From an uncultured Planctomycetia bacterium (lineage in GTDB: Bacteria > Omnitrophota > Gorgyraeia > Duberdicusellales > 4484-171), in NCBI GenBank assembly GCA_964629655.1, contig CAZVQU010000002.1, positions 162,814 to 226,813 of the forward strand: a stretch of DNA of 64,000 nt, read 5' to 3'. Shown piece by piece: positions 45,502-55,511 of the stretch (the stretch's first letter is position 1; the number at the start of each line of letters is the position of its first letter). A program made the position numbers and the translations under genes. The notes beneath the pieces were generated by a model, which worked only from the letters and a program-made list of their open reading frames with translations, was not told the DNA's origin and ran no database searches.

Positions 45502-47007
45502 CTACCTCACTGCCTCAAAAACTATCGGGCCATATTTTACACCTTTGGTGAGCACATCTGCAGCTGGTTTTAAGAAAACTTCTTTTATTCCCGGCAAAAG
45601 CAAAACTCCTCCGATAATACAGATACCGGCTAAAGCTATCATAGCCAAAACCATAAAAACAGGGACTTCTTTTATTTTGCGCCATTTTTCTCTTAGCTTA
45701 CCAAAAAAACCATACTTCATAACCTTAGTGAATGAAGCTAAAGTCAATACGCTGGCTAAAACTGCCCAAAAAGCATAACCAGGATGGCCAGCGCTTACAG
45801 CAGCAATTATAATCAACAGCTTACTCCAAAATCCATTAAAAGGCGGGATTCCGGCAATAGACATCGAAGCAGTAAGGCCAGTGGTGCTGGTTACCGGCAT
45901 TTTCTCTCTTAACCCACCCATTTTTTGTAAATCCCGGGTTCCTGCAGAATACTCTACTGCTCCCGAATTCAGAAACAAGAGCGACTTAAATATTGAATGG
46001 TTAAAGAGATGAAACAGACCGCCTAATATACCTAACGGTGTGCCTAAGCCAATGCCTAGAACAACATAACCGATTTGACTTATTGAATGGTATGCTAAGA
46101 GACGCTTAAAATCCCACTGACCAATCGCTAAGAATACTCCGATCACCATCGAAATTGCCCCCAGAAACATCAGCAAAGAAGAGATTTTTAAGCTTAATCC
46201 AATCACATTAAAAAATATCCTACAAATAGTATAAACACCTAGAGACTTTATCAGGACTCCTGAAAGCATGGCTGATATCGGAGCCGGTGCCGAAGGATGA
46301 GCATCAGGAAGCCAAGCATGAAAAGGAACTAATGCAGCTTTTAATCCGAAACCCATGATAAATAAAACACTTACTATAAGACCGATATTGCCAACGCCTT
46401 TCTCGGCCAAGATTACTGCCATATCAGCCATATTCAATGTTGAGGTATAACTATACAAGAATACAATTCCGATAAGAATAAAAAGGGAGCCAACAGTACT
46501 CATAACTGCATATTTAAAAGCAGCTTCTAACTCATGACGTTCAGTTCCGAAAGCAACTAAAGCATAGCTTGCTACTGAAGCAATCTCTAAAAATACAAAC
46601 AGGTTAAAAATATCGCCGGTAATAATTACCCCGTTCATTCCGGCTAACATCAAAAGGAATAAGGCATAAAACTTCCACTTAGAAGTATACTTCTCCATGT
46701 AATTTATCGCATAGATCGAGATTATAAAAGCAACTAAGTTTACAGTAACAAGCATGAATGAAGTTAGGCCATCAAGAACTAAGCCTATACCAACCGGCGG
46801 CTTCCAGTAACCAACACTGTAAACTACAGTTCCGTAAGAATTAGATAGCTTTACCGCAAAAATAGAGAGACAAAGTAAGGTAAAAGTAGTCAAGTTACCC
46901 AATGCATCTGGCAACCACTTTATTCTTTTACCAACCAGAGCAATTAAAAAAGCTCCTGATAACGCTATAGCTACAAAAAGAGGTATTATATTAATGCCTG
47001 GAATCAT
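45502..47007 (-). CDS. Mrp antiporter subunit D-like (MnhD/MbhH)
   Basis: DIFNLFVFLEI, KAALVPFHAWLPDAH, KRLLAYHSISQIGY, HLFNHSIFK, GIPPFNGFWSK. Confidence 0.92.
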   Translation of the reverse strand: MIPGINIIPLFVAIALSGAFLIALVGKRIKWLPDALGNLTTFTLLCLSIFAVKLSNSYGTVVYSVGYWKPPVGIGLVLDGLTSFMLVTVNLVAFIISIYAINYMEKYTSKWKFYALFLLMLAGMNGVIITGDIFNLFVFLEIASVASYALVAFGTERHELEAAFKYAVMSTVGSLFILIGIVFLYSYTSTLNMADMAVILAEKGVGNIGLIVSVLFIMGFGLKAALVPFHAWLPDAHPSAPAPISAMLSGVLIKSLGVYTICRIFFNVIGLSLKISSLLMFLGAISMVIGVFLAIGQWDFKRLLAYHSISQIGYVVLGIGLGTPLGILGGLFHLFNHSIFKSLLFLNSGAVEYSAGTRDLQKMGGLREKMPVTSTTGLTASMSIAGIPPFNGFWSKLLIIIAAVSAGHPGYAFWAVLASVLTLASFTKVMKYGFFGKLREKWRKIKEVPVFMVLAMIALAGICIIGGVLLLPGIKEVFLKPAADVLTKGVKYGPIVFEAVR

Positions 47008-47348
47008 CCTCGCAACTCCCTAATTTTTGTAATATCAAAAGTACCGTATTTTTCATAAATTCTCATAGCAATAGCAACTAATAAAGCTGTAGTCGCTAAA
47101 CCAATAACAATAGCTGTAAGGACCAAAGCGTGCGGTAGGGGATCAACCATAGTAGAAGCAGATATGTCTGCTTGAGATGAGAATATCGGAGCTCTGCCGC
47201 CGATACGATAGGCTACCAAGATAAAAAAGAGATTAACAGCATACTCGCATATAATAATCCCCACAATAATCTTAATAATATTACGCTTTCGTAAAATACA
47301 ATATAGCCCTACGCAAAAAAGCACTAAGCAAAGAAAATATATCATCAT
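47004..47348 (-). CDS. Mrp antiporter subunit C-like (MnhC/MbhG)
   Basis: NIIKII.G, DPLPHALVLTAIVIG, YGTFD. Confidence 0.92.
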   Translation of the reverse strand: MMIYFLCLVLFCVGLYCILRKRNIIKIIVGIIICEYAVNLFFILVAYRIGGRAPIFSSQADISASTMVDPLPHALVLTAIVIGLATTALLVAIAMRIYEKYGTFDITKIRELRG

Positions 47349-47797
47349 TGTTTACTCTCCGATTCCAATTTTACTAAGACCAAGGCAACAAATATTGCAA
47401 ACAGTCCGGCACCAACCTTAAGACTAATAGCTATATTGCAAAGAGGGATAATCCCGGCACTAAATAACTCATAAGGACTTCCTTTAGTCATGAAGTTTAA
47501 GAAAAAATATCCTCCGGTAAAACCTAGCAAAGCTATAGCTAAAAACATTATTGCTCCGGCGTTCTCTAAAAATGAGACCATTCCTTTAGGGAATTTCTTC
47601 AAAGCAACCTCCTTGCCGTAAGCTAACATAAGATGGATGAAGGAAAGGGCAATGATAACCCCTCCGGCAAATCCTCCACCGGGAGATAAGTGACCATGCG
47701 TGAGAATATAAATACCGTAGAGCAATATCAAGCCTATTGTAAGACGGGTAATAGTCTTAACAATTACTGACATACCTTTGTCGTGTTCTCTACTCAT
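47345..47797 (-). CDS. Mrp antiporter subunit B-like (MnhB/MbhF)
   Basis: HGHLSPGGGFAGG, NIAISLKVG. Confidence 0.9.
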   Translation of the reverse strand: MSREHDKGMSVIVKTITRLTIGLILLYGIYILTHGHLSPGGGFAGGVIIALSFIHLMLAYGKEVALKKFPKGMVSFLENAGAIMFLAIALLGFTGGYFFLNFMTKGSPYELFSAGIIPLCNIAISLKVGAGLFAIFVALVLVKLESESKQ

Positions 47798-48335
47798 CTT
47801 CTTCTATGACCTCATCTTGTTTTTTTCTGCCGATTTTACGCACAACAGCCAAAACTCCGATTACAGCAGTGAATAGCACTGTGGCCTCACCTAAAGTATC
47901 ATAGGCTCTAAAATCTAATATTACCGAAGAAACAACATTAGCTGCACCGGTCTGGCTTAGCCCCTTAGCAAGATATATTTTGGCAACTTTCATAATTGGA
48001 TAACCAAAACTAGGCAATTCCCTTAAAGCCTTGATAACGACAAATAAGAATATGGCGATAAAGCTGAGAGTAATAAGTGTATTTAGAAACCATCTGCCAG
48101 TAGTAGCGAAAGGTAAATCTTTCTTCAAGGTCGCTCGAATCAAAATCATCAAACACAATATCTCAACTACAAGCTGGGTAATTGCTACATCCGGTGCTTT
48201 TAAAATTAAAAAGACCATAGAAAGTGCTATGCCCACTGCACCAACGGTTACCACCGAAGAAAGTAAATCCTTCACCTCGATAGCAATTACTGCACCGATG
48301 ATCATAAATATTAGAAGAATGTATAGCTCAATCAT
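47790..48335 (-). CDS. MbhD/MbhE-like fused membrane subunit (DUF4040 plus MnhB N-terminal part)
   Basis: APDVAITQ and NVVSSVILDFRAYDTLGE; start moved to ATG 48335 to remove a long overlap. Confidence 0.85.
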   Translation of the reverse strand: MIELYILLIFMIIGAVIAIEVKDLLSSVVTVGAVGIALSMVFLILKAPDVAITQLVVEILCLMILIRATLKKDLPFATTGRWFLNTLITLSFIAIFLFVVIKALRELPSFGYPIMKVAKIYLAKGLSQTGAANVVSSVILDFRAYDTLGEATVLFTAVIGVLAVVRKIGRKKQDEVIEEDE

Positions 48336-48340
48336 AAGAC

Positions 48341-49996
48341 CTACCGCAACAGAATATAGAATATTATCGCCATACCTAAAAGGCACCAAGCCATGTAGGT
48401 AGGAAGTATCCCATTGTGAATGAAACGCAATACCTTGTTAAAACCAAAAGTTATCTTCGAACCAACCTCGTAGACATCAAAGACCTTCTTCTTGGCTAAT
48501 TTGTATATAGCTTTAAGGAAACCGAACTCTTGAATCGTATGATAGAAGTCAATGCCGGAGACTCGCATATCAGGATGCTTTTCTAAAAACTCTCCTCCGA
48601 CGAAACTTTCGGTCTCTCTTGTCTTAGTCGCCTTACCAAGAAGATAGATTACCATACCAATAATAATTCCGATGACTATTAAAACTGTAGCTAAACCAGC
48701 ATCCCAAACCCCAGTGAATCCAACTCCCCCTCCTAAACTAGGGAAGACAAACATTTTAAGCGGAACTGTGAGAGCAAAGACTCCAAAAACAATACAAAGT
48801 ATAGCTAAAAAGCATTGAGGAATCCACATACTCGGACCAACATCTCTTAAAACCTTGCCGGCAACTCCTGATTCGCAAGAAGGCTGGCCCAAGAATACAG
48901 CATGAATTAACTTCATAAAACTAGCTAAGGTAAGAGCGCTACCAAACATAGCCGCAACCAACCAAACTATCCAGAGATATCCTCCACCCTTAGCAGTCTC
49001 GATTATGCCCTGATAAATCATCCACTTCGAAGCAAAGCCATTAAAAGGCGGAACCCCGGAAATTGCTAAAGACGCTATAAGAAAGGTAACGAATGTAATT
49101 GGCATAGCTTTAGCTAAACCACCTAATTTTCCCAAATCTGTAGTCCCGGCCTTCTTCTCTACTGAGCCGCCGGAAAAGAATAAACAGGATTTATAAATTG
49201 CATGATTTAACATGTGAAATAGACCACCAGCAATTCCAATTGGATTTCCGGTTCCAATACCTAAGACCATATATCCAACCTGGCTAACAGCATGGTATCC
49301 TAAGAGCCTCTTTAAATCGTGTTGAATTAGAGCCATCATAACTGCAGCTACGATCGTAATGCTGCCGACTACCATCAAAAAAGTATTCATGCCGTTGTCC
49401 ATCTGAAAGATATTCAACGATAATCTAGCCAAGAAATAAATACCAAGAAGCTTATCCAAAGAGGCTGGTAGAAAAGCAGTGACTGGTGTCGGTCCATCTT
49501 CGGCAGCATCAGGAACCCAGGTATGAAAAGGCATAGCTCCGGCCTTAGCAAAGGCACCGGCTGCCAGGTACAAATAAGCCAAGACTGCTACGTGAGTATT
49601 CAAAGGTATACTCATCTTATCAATCTGGAAATTCTTGGTTAATGCCCAGATAAAAGCTACCCCCAAAAGCATTAGGGCGTCGGTTCCACCAATTATAATA
49701 AAAGCTTTCTTTGCTGTAGCTTGAGTCTGAGCCTTTTTCCCAAAACCAATTAAAAGATACAAAAGCATACCCAAGAAACCCCAGAAGACCATAAACAGAA
49801 TAATATTGTTGGAAAAAACAGCGCCTAAAGAAGCTAAAAGGGTAAGAACTATATATAGGTAATAACGAATTAGCTCCTTGCCTCTCTTCATAAAACCTAC
49901 TGAATAGATAATCGTCAGTAGTGAGAATATTCCAATAAATATCCCTACAAATATAGAAAGTTTATCGAATTTGAAAAATTGTTCAATCAAGCTCAT
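48341..49996 (-). CDS. NuoL/HyfB-like proton-translocating membrane subunit
   Basis: KAGAMPFHTWVPDA, KRLLGYHAVSQVGY, HMLNHAIYK, GVPPFNGFASKW. Confidence 0.9.
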   Translation of the reverse strand: MSLIEQFFKFDKLSIFVGIFIGIFSLLTIIYSVGFMKRGKELIRYYLYIVLTLLASLGAVFSNNIILFMVFWGFLGMLLYLLIGFGKKAQTQATAKKAFIIIGGTDALMLLGVAFIWALTKNFQIDKMSIPLNTHVAVLAYLYLAAGAFAKAGAMPFHTWVPDAAEDGPTPVTAFLPASLDKLLGIYFLARLSLNIFQMDNGMNTFLMVVGSITIVAAVMMALIQHDLKRLLGYHAVSQVGYMVLGIGTGNPIGIAGGLFHMLNHAIYKSCLFFSGGSVEKKAGTTDLGKLGGLAKAMPITFVTFLIASLAISGVPPFNGFASKWMIYQGIIETAKGGGYLWIVWLVAAMFGSALTLASFMKLIHAVFLGQPSCESGVAGKVLRDVGPSMWIPQCFLAILCIVFGVFALTVPLKMFVFPSLGGGVGFTGVWDAGLATVLIVIGIIIGMVIYLLGKATKTRETESFVGGEFLEKHPDMRVSGIDFYHTIQEFGFLKAIYKLAKKKVFDVYEVGSKITFGFNKVLRFIHNGILPTYMAWCLLGMAIIFYILLR

Positions 49997-51177
49997 TTAA
50001 TACCTAATTTACTCTTTACTTGTGCAGTCTTCTCTTGTGAGAGCCGTATTAGATCTTCTCCGTTGTAAATCTTCTTCCCTTTAGTATTACGTACAGCCAT
50101 TCTCTCGGTACAGCAATAACAAGGGTCAATAGCTGCAAAGATTATAGTTGCGTCAGATATAGTCTGGCCAACAACAGTTGATTTATAAGTTGGTAAATTC
50201 ATAAAAGTTGGCGCTCTAACCTTATGACGAGCCGGTCGGTTAGTGCCGTCACTCTTCACATAATGGAAACACTCTCCTCTTGGCGCTTCAATCTGGCCAA
50301 TACCTTCTCCGGGAGGAATGCTCTTAATTTTAGCGTCGATCTCACCTTTAGGAAGGTTCAAGAGACAGTGTTTTATTATTTTTATAGATTCAAAGGTCTC
50401 CAAAACTCTTACTACTAACTTATCAAAGACATCACCATTGGAAGTTACAATCATATCCCAGTCTAACTCCTGGTAAGCTCCATAAGGACAATCTTTTCGC
50501 AAGTCCTTAGCTACGCCTGATGCTCTTGAGGTCGGACCCAGAGCCGAATACCTTATAGCGTCTTCTTTGGTAAGTACGCCTATTCCTTTAGTCCGGGCAT
50601 GCAACACCGGATCATCAATAACTGCCTTTTTAAGCATTATCAATGTCGGTATAATTGAATCTATTTTCTTCAAAACTGTCGGTATGTCATCTGCTTTTAT
50701 GTCTCTTCTTACTCCTCCGGGTTTAAACATAGCGTAATTATTTCTATTTCCTGATAGAATTTCCATAGCATCTAGTATTTCTTCTCTTAACTTCCAAGCC
50801 CACATGTATACTGTATTATACCCTAAGAAGTGTCCTGCTAAGCCCAACCAAAGAAGATGGGAGTGTATCCTCTCACCCTCAGCAATTATAGTTCGGATAT
50901 ACTTGGCCCGCTCGGGTACCTCCAAAGAAATAACATCCTCAACCGCCCTGGTATAAGCAAAAGGGTGGCTAGTAGAACAAATACCGCAAATTCTCTCAAC
51001 CAGAAAAGTTGATTGGTCAAAGGTTTTGCGTTCGGAAAGTTTTTCTATGCCCCGATGGTTATAGCCTACTTCAACCTCAACAGCGACAATCTTTTCACCC
51101 TCAACAGTAAGCGTAAAAAACTCCGGTTCTTCCTGCAAAGGATGATAAGGTCCTATCGGTACTATTGTTCTTGCCAT
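49993..51177 (-). CDS. Group 4 [NiFe]-hydrogenase large subunit (MbhL/EchE/HycE-like)
   Basis: GPYHPLQEEP, HRGIE, L1 ERICGICSTSH, EAPRGE, RAPT, L2 DPCYCCTER plus a ~35-aa cleavable extension. Confidence 0.92.
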   Translation of the reverse strand: MARTIVPIGPYHPLQEEPEFFTLTVEGEKIVAVEVEVGYNHRGIEKLSERKTFDQSTFLVERICGICSTSHPFAYTRAVEDVISLEVPERAKYIRTIIAEGERIHSHLLWLGLAGHFLGYNTVYMWAWKLREEILDAMEILSGNRNNYAMFKPGGVRRDIKADDIPTVLKKIDSIIPTLIMLKKAVIDDPVLHARTKGIGVLTKEDAIRYSALGPTSRASGVAKDLRKDCPYGAYQELDWDMIVTSNGDVFDKLVVRVLETFESIKIIKHCLLNLPKGEIDAKIKSIPPGEGIGQIEAPRGECFHYVKSDGTNRPARHKVRAPTFMNLPTYKSTVVGQTISDATIIFAAIDPCYCCTERMAVRNTKGKKIYNGEDLIRLSQEKTAQVKSKLGIK

Positions 51178-51653
51178 TATACTCCTCTATCTCTAATTGC
51201 TTTCCCATCCCACTCTTTGTAGTCTTTACGTAAAGGATAAGAATCTTTCGGCCACTCATCAGGTAAAAGAAGTTTTCTTAAATCAGGATGGCCCTTAAAA
51301 TTAATTCCCAACATCTCAGTAATCTCCCGTTCAATCCAATTTGCCGCTTCAAATGAAGGCGTAAGCGAGTCTATCTCTAGCTTTGGCTTGGCTAACTTTA
51401 CTCTTAAAGAAATTACTAGATTTATATCGTCAAAGGTAAAATGATATAAGATCTCCATATGAGAACGGGCATCAACGCCGGATGCAATACTAAACCTGGC
51501 CTTTAAGTTTTTAAAAATATATTCTGCAACCTTAACAAGCGAAGAAGGCTTAATCTCGATATATACCCGAGTAGAAGACTTATCAACAAGATCAATAATG
51601 TCCTCCTTAAATTTCTGGTTAATATCTCCTAAAACGCCACTTCTGTCCATCAT
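51177..51653 (-). CDS. NuoC/MbhK-like subunit
   Basis: ILYHF, ANWIEREI.EMLGI.F.GHPDLR.LLLP, YPLRKD. Confidence 0.9.
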   Translation of the reverse strand: MMDRSGVLGDINQKFKEDIIDLVDKSSTRVYIEIKPSSLVKVAEYIFKNLKARFSIASGVDARSHMEILYHFTFDDINLVISLRVKLAKPKLEIDSLTPSFEAANWIEREITEMLGINFKGHPDLRKLLLPDEWPKDSYPLRKDYKEWDGKAIRDRGV

Positions 51654-52090
51654 TTCCCCTTCTTCTTGATTGTACCTTGTACCTTTCCGATTAGTTTAAC
51701 TACACCGGCAATAATAGCCTCTGGCTTAGGTGGACATCCCGGAATGTAAACATCCACCGGAATAATCTTATCTATCGGAACCGGACAATTGTAGCTATGT
51801 ATAAACATACCCCTAGACAAAGAGCACTCTCCGATTGCCACCACTAAACAAGGTTTAGGCACCTGATCATATAATCTCTTGACTCGCTCCATTGATTTTC
51901 TATTAGCTGAACCAGTAACCAAGAGCACATCAGCATGCCTTATGCTCCCGGCCAAAATCATGCCAAACCTCTCGATATCAAACCTGGGAGTAAGGCAATC
52001 CAATATCTCGATATCGCAATTATTGCAGCTGCCGGTAGCAAGATGAAAGACCCAGGGTGATTTTAATAATGCTTTTAACTTTACACTCAT
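51650..52090 (-). CDS. [NiFe]-hydrogenase small subunit (NuoB/MbhJ-like)
   Basis: GSCNNCDIE, RHADVLLVTG, AIGEC, DVYIPGCPP.PE. Confidence 0.93.
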   Translation of the reverse strand: MSVKLKALLKSPWVFHLATGSCNNCDIEILDCLTPRFDIERFGMILAGSIRHADVLLVTGSANRKSMERVKRLYDQVPKPCLVVAIGECSLSRGMFIHSYNCPVPIDKIIPVDVYIPGCPPKPEAIIAGVVKLIGKVQGTIKKKGK

Positions 52091-52091
52091 A

Positions 52092-53015
52092 TTACTTTCC
52101 GATTAATGCTAAAGCAACTGCCAATGCGGCGATTATGGTCATCGGGCCCCAGAAAAACCGCATTGCCTGATCAATCCTTACCCGAGGATTGGTATTTCTA
52201 ATAACTGTTATGAGAGCAACTATGCCCACATACTTTAATATTCCAAAAAGTAAGTGTATCCCGTCAAACCTTAAACCGCCCATAAGAAGAATCATTAAAA
52301 AAAACGGCAAGACAAATAAAAGCATATTTTTAGTGAGTCTGTAGATAGCCAGTCCTGTTCCTGAATATTCGATTAGCGGACCGCCGACTATCTCGGTTTC
52401 AGCCTCAGGAATATCAAAGGGAACTAAAGCTAATTTAGCCTGCACACACATTATAAGCACGATGAAAGCTAATATCCCTGATAAATTTCCCAAGATTACT
52501 CCATTTTGAGCCTGGGCAGTTATGATTTCCCCTAAGCGTATAGAAAAGTTAGATTTTATAACCGGAACTAATACTGCCAAAACAAAGGGAAGCTCATAAC
52601 TCAAGATTAGTTTCATCTCCCGAGATGCCCCCAAGCTCGCTAAGGGATTACGAGAAGCAAAACCACCAATAATAATACTCATTGAAGGGATAGTTAATAA
52701 ATATAAAACTACTATTAAATCGCCAAGGAAAGTCTTACCGGGATTAATATTGTTCAGCCACAGGAGAGTAGATACTAAGATTACACCAGCAAGCCCAACA
52801 ACCGGAGCCATAAGAAAGGTCGACTTTGACGAACCGACCGGTACAAGATTCTCTTTCCCAAGAAGCTTTACAATGTCTATTAAGGGCTGCAGAATCGGTG
52901 GTCCCTTCCGATACTGAACCCGGGCAGTAACTTTACGGTCTATCCAACTAGCCAGCAACCCAATAACCGCTGTTGCCAGAAAACCAAATACTAAAAAATA
53001 GAATAAATAAATCAT
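52092..53015 (-). CDS. NuoH/MbhM/HycD-like membrane subunit
   Basis: DRKVTARVQYRKGPP..QP..D..KL, PFDIPEAETEIVGG..IEYSG, PRVRIDQ. Confidence 0.92.
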   Translation of the reverse strand: MIYLFYFLVFGFLATAVIGLLASWIDRKVTARVQYRKGPPILQPLIDIVKLLGKENLVPVGSSKSTFLMAPVVGLAGVILVSTLLWLNNINPGKTFLGDLIVVLYLLTIPSMSIIIGGFASRNPLASLGASREMKLILSYELPFVLAVLVPVIKSNFSIRLGEIITAQAQNGVILGNLSGILAFIVLIMCVQAKLALVPFDIPEAETEIVGGPLIEYSGTGLAIYRLTKNMLLFVLPFFLMILLMGGLRFDGIHLLFGILKYVGIVALITVIRNTNPRVRIDQAMRFFWGPMTIIAALAVALALIGK

Positions 53016-53578
53016 GCCCTGTCTCTTTCCCAGTGAGTTGAATGAACTATCAAATTATCACCGACTAAAAATGTATTTTCGTCAAGCTCAACGCTTCCTT
53101 CTTTTAAACTTAAAGCTCCATGAGGGCAACTCTTTATACATAGAGGTTCACTCTTGGCCTCTCTTCTGTCTAAACAAAAATCACAATTATGAATCAAGTA
53201 AGGCACATGCTCAGGATATATAGTGCCATAGGGACAAGCATGGGAACAAGATTTACAACTTACACAACGCATATTATGACGTATTAACAGTTTATTTTTA
53301 TCTTCTTGCTGTTCTAAGGCATCGGCTGGACAAGAGTCAACGCAGTGAGGCTCCTCGCACCGACGACAGACAAGAGCATAGGTAGCAAGCTCAGCCACCG
53401 AGATAATACCATTATTCACCGGGCTCTGAGTGTGGTAATAATAACTGCATTCAAGCACGCACTCTTTACATTCACCAGAAGCACAAAGGTCTAAGTCAAC
53501 GAATAGCCTCCTATCCTTTGATTTTTTAGCATTTACGTTTAACTTGCCTTGATGTAATTGTTCTGCGCTTGAACTCAT
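53012..53578 (-). CDS. Polyferredoxin (HydN/CooF/DmsB-type 4Fe-4S protein)
   Basis: C..GECKEC...C, CRRCEEPHCVDSCP, CVSCKSCSHACPYG, CDFC...PLCIKSCP. Confidence 0.88.
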   Translation of the reverse strand: MSSSAEQLHQGKLNVNAKKSKDRRLFVDLDLCASGECKECVLECSYYYHTQSPVNNGIISVAELATYALVCRRCEEPHCVDSCPADALEQQEDKNKLLIRHNMRCVSCKSCSHACPYGTIYPEHVPYLIHNCDFCLDRREAKSEPLCIKSCPHGALSLKEGSVELDENTFLVGDNLIVHSTHWERDRA

Positions 53579-53579
53579 T

Positions 53580-54404
53580 TTAATCCCAAATTTCGTGAAA
53601 GTTCTTTATCTTATCGTAGGTAAAAACCGGACCATCTTTGCAAGCATAGTAGATTCCGATTCGACAATGCCCACACTTACCAATACCACAAGACATGTTC
53701 TTCTCCATCGAAAGGTAGATATTCTCATCGACAAAGCCCATCTCGAGGAGTTTCTTGGTGGCAAATTTCATCATTATCGGCGGCCCACAAACAACAGCAA
53801 TGCCTTTTCCGCAATCCATGCCTAAATCATCTAATATGGTAGTGACAACACCAACATTACCATTCCACTGGCTATCGCCCTTATCTACAGTAAGCTTTAA
53901 GTCTAAATCATCCCGCTGGGCCCATTCGCCCATCTCGCCTCTATAGACTAATTCTTGAGAAGTCTTACAACCACCTCTAAAAATCAGCTTTTTAAACTCA
54001 CTGCTCCTATGAAAAAGTGCATACATAAGACTACGCAGAGGTGCAAAACCGCACCCTCCTCCAACAACCAAAACTTCTTTTCCTTTAAACTCATCTAAGG
54101 GGTATCCTTGCCCCATCGGGCCCCTTACGCCAATAATATCTCCTTTCTTTAGCTGATGAATCTTCTCAGTAACTTTGCCAACCCTCATCACAGTAACTTC
54201 CATTAAGTCCTTTACCGTAGATTTTGAAGACGGAGTAAAAGGAGCCTCTCCTACCCCAGGGATAGTTACCTCTATAAACTGACCGGTAGCAAAACCGATC
54301 GGTTCCTGTGGCTTAAACTTAATAGTCTTTATGGTAGGAGTCTCCTCGATAACTTCCACAATCTCAGCTTTAATCGATCGATAAGGATTTTTACAATTAA
54401 TCAT
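53580..54404 (-). CDS. FAD/NAD(P)-binding [2Fe-2S] oxidoreductase (AsrB / sulfhydrogenase gamma / FlxA-like)
   Basis: GQF, GEAPF, RGPMG.GY, GGGCGFAPLRS, CGPPIMM, MSCGIGKCGHC...CKDGPVF. Confidence 0.88.
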   Translation of the reverse strand: MINCKNPYRSIKAEIVEVIEETPTIKTIKFKPQEPIGFATGQFIEVTIPGVGEAPFTPSSKSTVKDLMEVTVMRVGKVTEKIHQLKKGDIIGVRGPMGQGYPLDEFKGKEVLVVGGGCGFAPLRSLMYALFHRSSEFKKLIFRGGCKTSQELVYRGEMGEWAQRDDLDLKLTVDKGDSQWNGNVGVVTTILDDLGMDCGKGIAVVCGPPIMMKFATKKLLEMGFVDENIYLSMEKNMSCGIGKCGHCRIGIYYACKDGPVFTYDKIKNFHEIWD

Positions 54405-55422
54405 TGGCTACTAGCTTATTTAATACTTTCCTAATATCTATCTTGGCCGGACAAGCCGAAATGCAACGACCACAGCCAGTACAGGCATAAACACCAGCAA
54501 CTTTAGGAAAAAAATCAAACTTCTTTTCAAATCTATTTCGCAGTCGCATCCAGAGTTTTTCCCGGGGATTAGCTCCGCCAGCAACTCTAGCAAAGTCCTT
54601 TATCATGCATGAATCCCAAATTCGCAGGCGAGCCATCTTTTTCTCGTCTTTCTGATCATACAAAAGAAAACAATGGCAAGTAGGGCAAATTACATTACAG
54701 GCTCCGCATTCAACGCAGGTTTGGGCTTCGTCTTTCCAGATGTTAGCATCATAATTCTTCTCAATAATGCCTTCAAAACTATCTTGCACAGGAATTTTAT
54801 TAGTTTTAATATTCTCATCTACTGCGCTTACTACCTCAAGCCGTTGCCCATCTCTGGCTTTAACTTCTTCCTTACCAGCCTCACTAAATAATGATGAATT
54901 TTTGCTGATCAGGGCCTCTCCCTTCCCAGAACCAGACTCAACAGCAAAACCACCTTTAACTTCAGATAAATTAAGGTCAAAATATTTTTGGGGATATGGC
55001 TTAAGGCCTAAGGCCAAACAAAAACAAGTATCAATCGCACAGGTACAATCTGCAGAAATAATAAGATTTTCTTCTCGAGGTTTATTGTAGAAAGGTTCCG
55101 GGCAATCTTGATTTTGGAAGACATAATCCTGAACTTTAAAACCTTTTAAGTCGCAGGCTTTAACACCAACCACAGCTAAAGGCTTATCGCCAGAACGAGA
55201 AACATCGTCTTTGAATCCTTCAGCAACTACTTCTCTTGCTCGGAAAAAAAATGACTTCAGAGGCTCTAAAGCTCTTACCTCGCCAATTACAACATCGTCA
55301 CCAAAAGAATCATACCTTTGATAAAGACGCTGTTCGCCTTTTTTTACCGGTAAGCAAACAGTATAGTCATTCTTTAAATTATCTAGAAATACAGCGAAAT
55401 CGCTTAATGAGATGTAATGCAT
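54397..55422 (-). CDS. 4Fe-4S protein (AsrA / sulfhydrogenase beta / FlxB-like)
   Basis: GVKACD, DC...DTCFC, CVECGACNVICPTCHCF, WDSC, CTGCGRCISACP. Confidence 0.88.
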   Translation of the reverse strand: MHYISLSDFAVFLDNLKNDYTVCLPVKKGEQRLYQRYDSFGDDVVIGEVRALEPLKSFFFRAREVVAEGFKDDVSRSGDKPLAVVGVKACDLKGFKVQDYVFQNQDCPEPFYNKPREENLIISADCTCAIDTCFCLALGLKPYPQKYFDLNLSEVKGGFAVESGSGKGEALISKNSSLFSEAGKEEVKARDGQRLEVVSAVDENIKTNKIPVQDSFEGIIEKNYDANIWKDEAQTCVECGACNVICPTCHCFLLYDQKDEKKMARLRIWDSCMIKDFARVAGGANPREKLWMRLRNRFEKKFDFFPKVAGVYACTGCGRCISACPAKIDIRKVLNKLVAND

Positions 55423-55481
55423 CCAGCCCCGAATTTTAAGTTGTTAATTGTGGTAAGTTACCTAAAAGGTACTTTAATACT

Positions 55482-55499
55482 TTGTGAATAAAATCACAA
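55482..55499. promoter_or_regulatory. Rex operator
   Basis: TTGTGAA-TAAA-ATCACAA, one mismatch to the Rex consensus TTGTGAA-N4-TTCACAA, between the promoter and the first operon gene. Confidence 0.8.
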
Positions 55500-55511
55500 T
55501 CAAGATAATTA

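Noticed and set aside
43667-53015. Complex I (Nuo) or sulfane reductase Mbs
   Set aside because: The large subunit keeps both CxxC nickel motifs and a cleavable tail, and HycI and HypA are adjacent, so it is a [NiFe] enzyme.
53580-55422. Anaerobic sulfite reductase or a soluble group 3b hydrogenase
   Set aside because: No AsrC siroheme subunit and no group 3b large/small subunits are present in the window.
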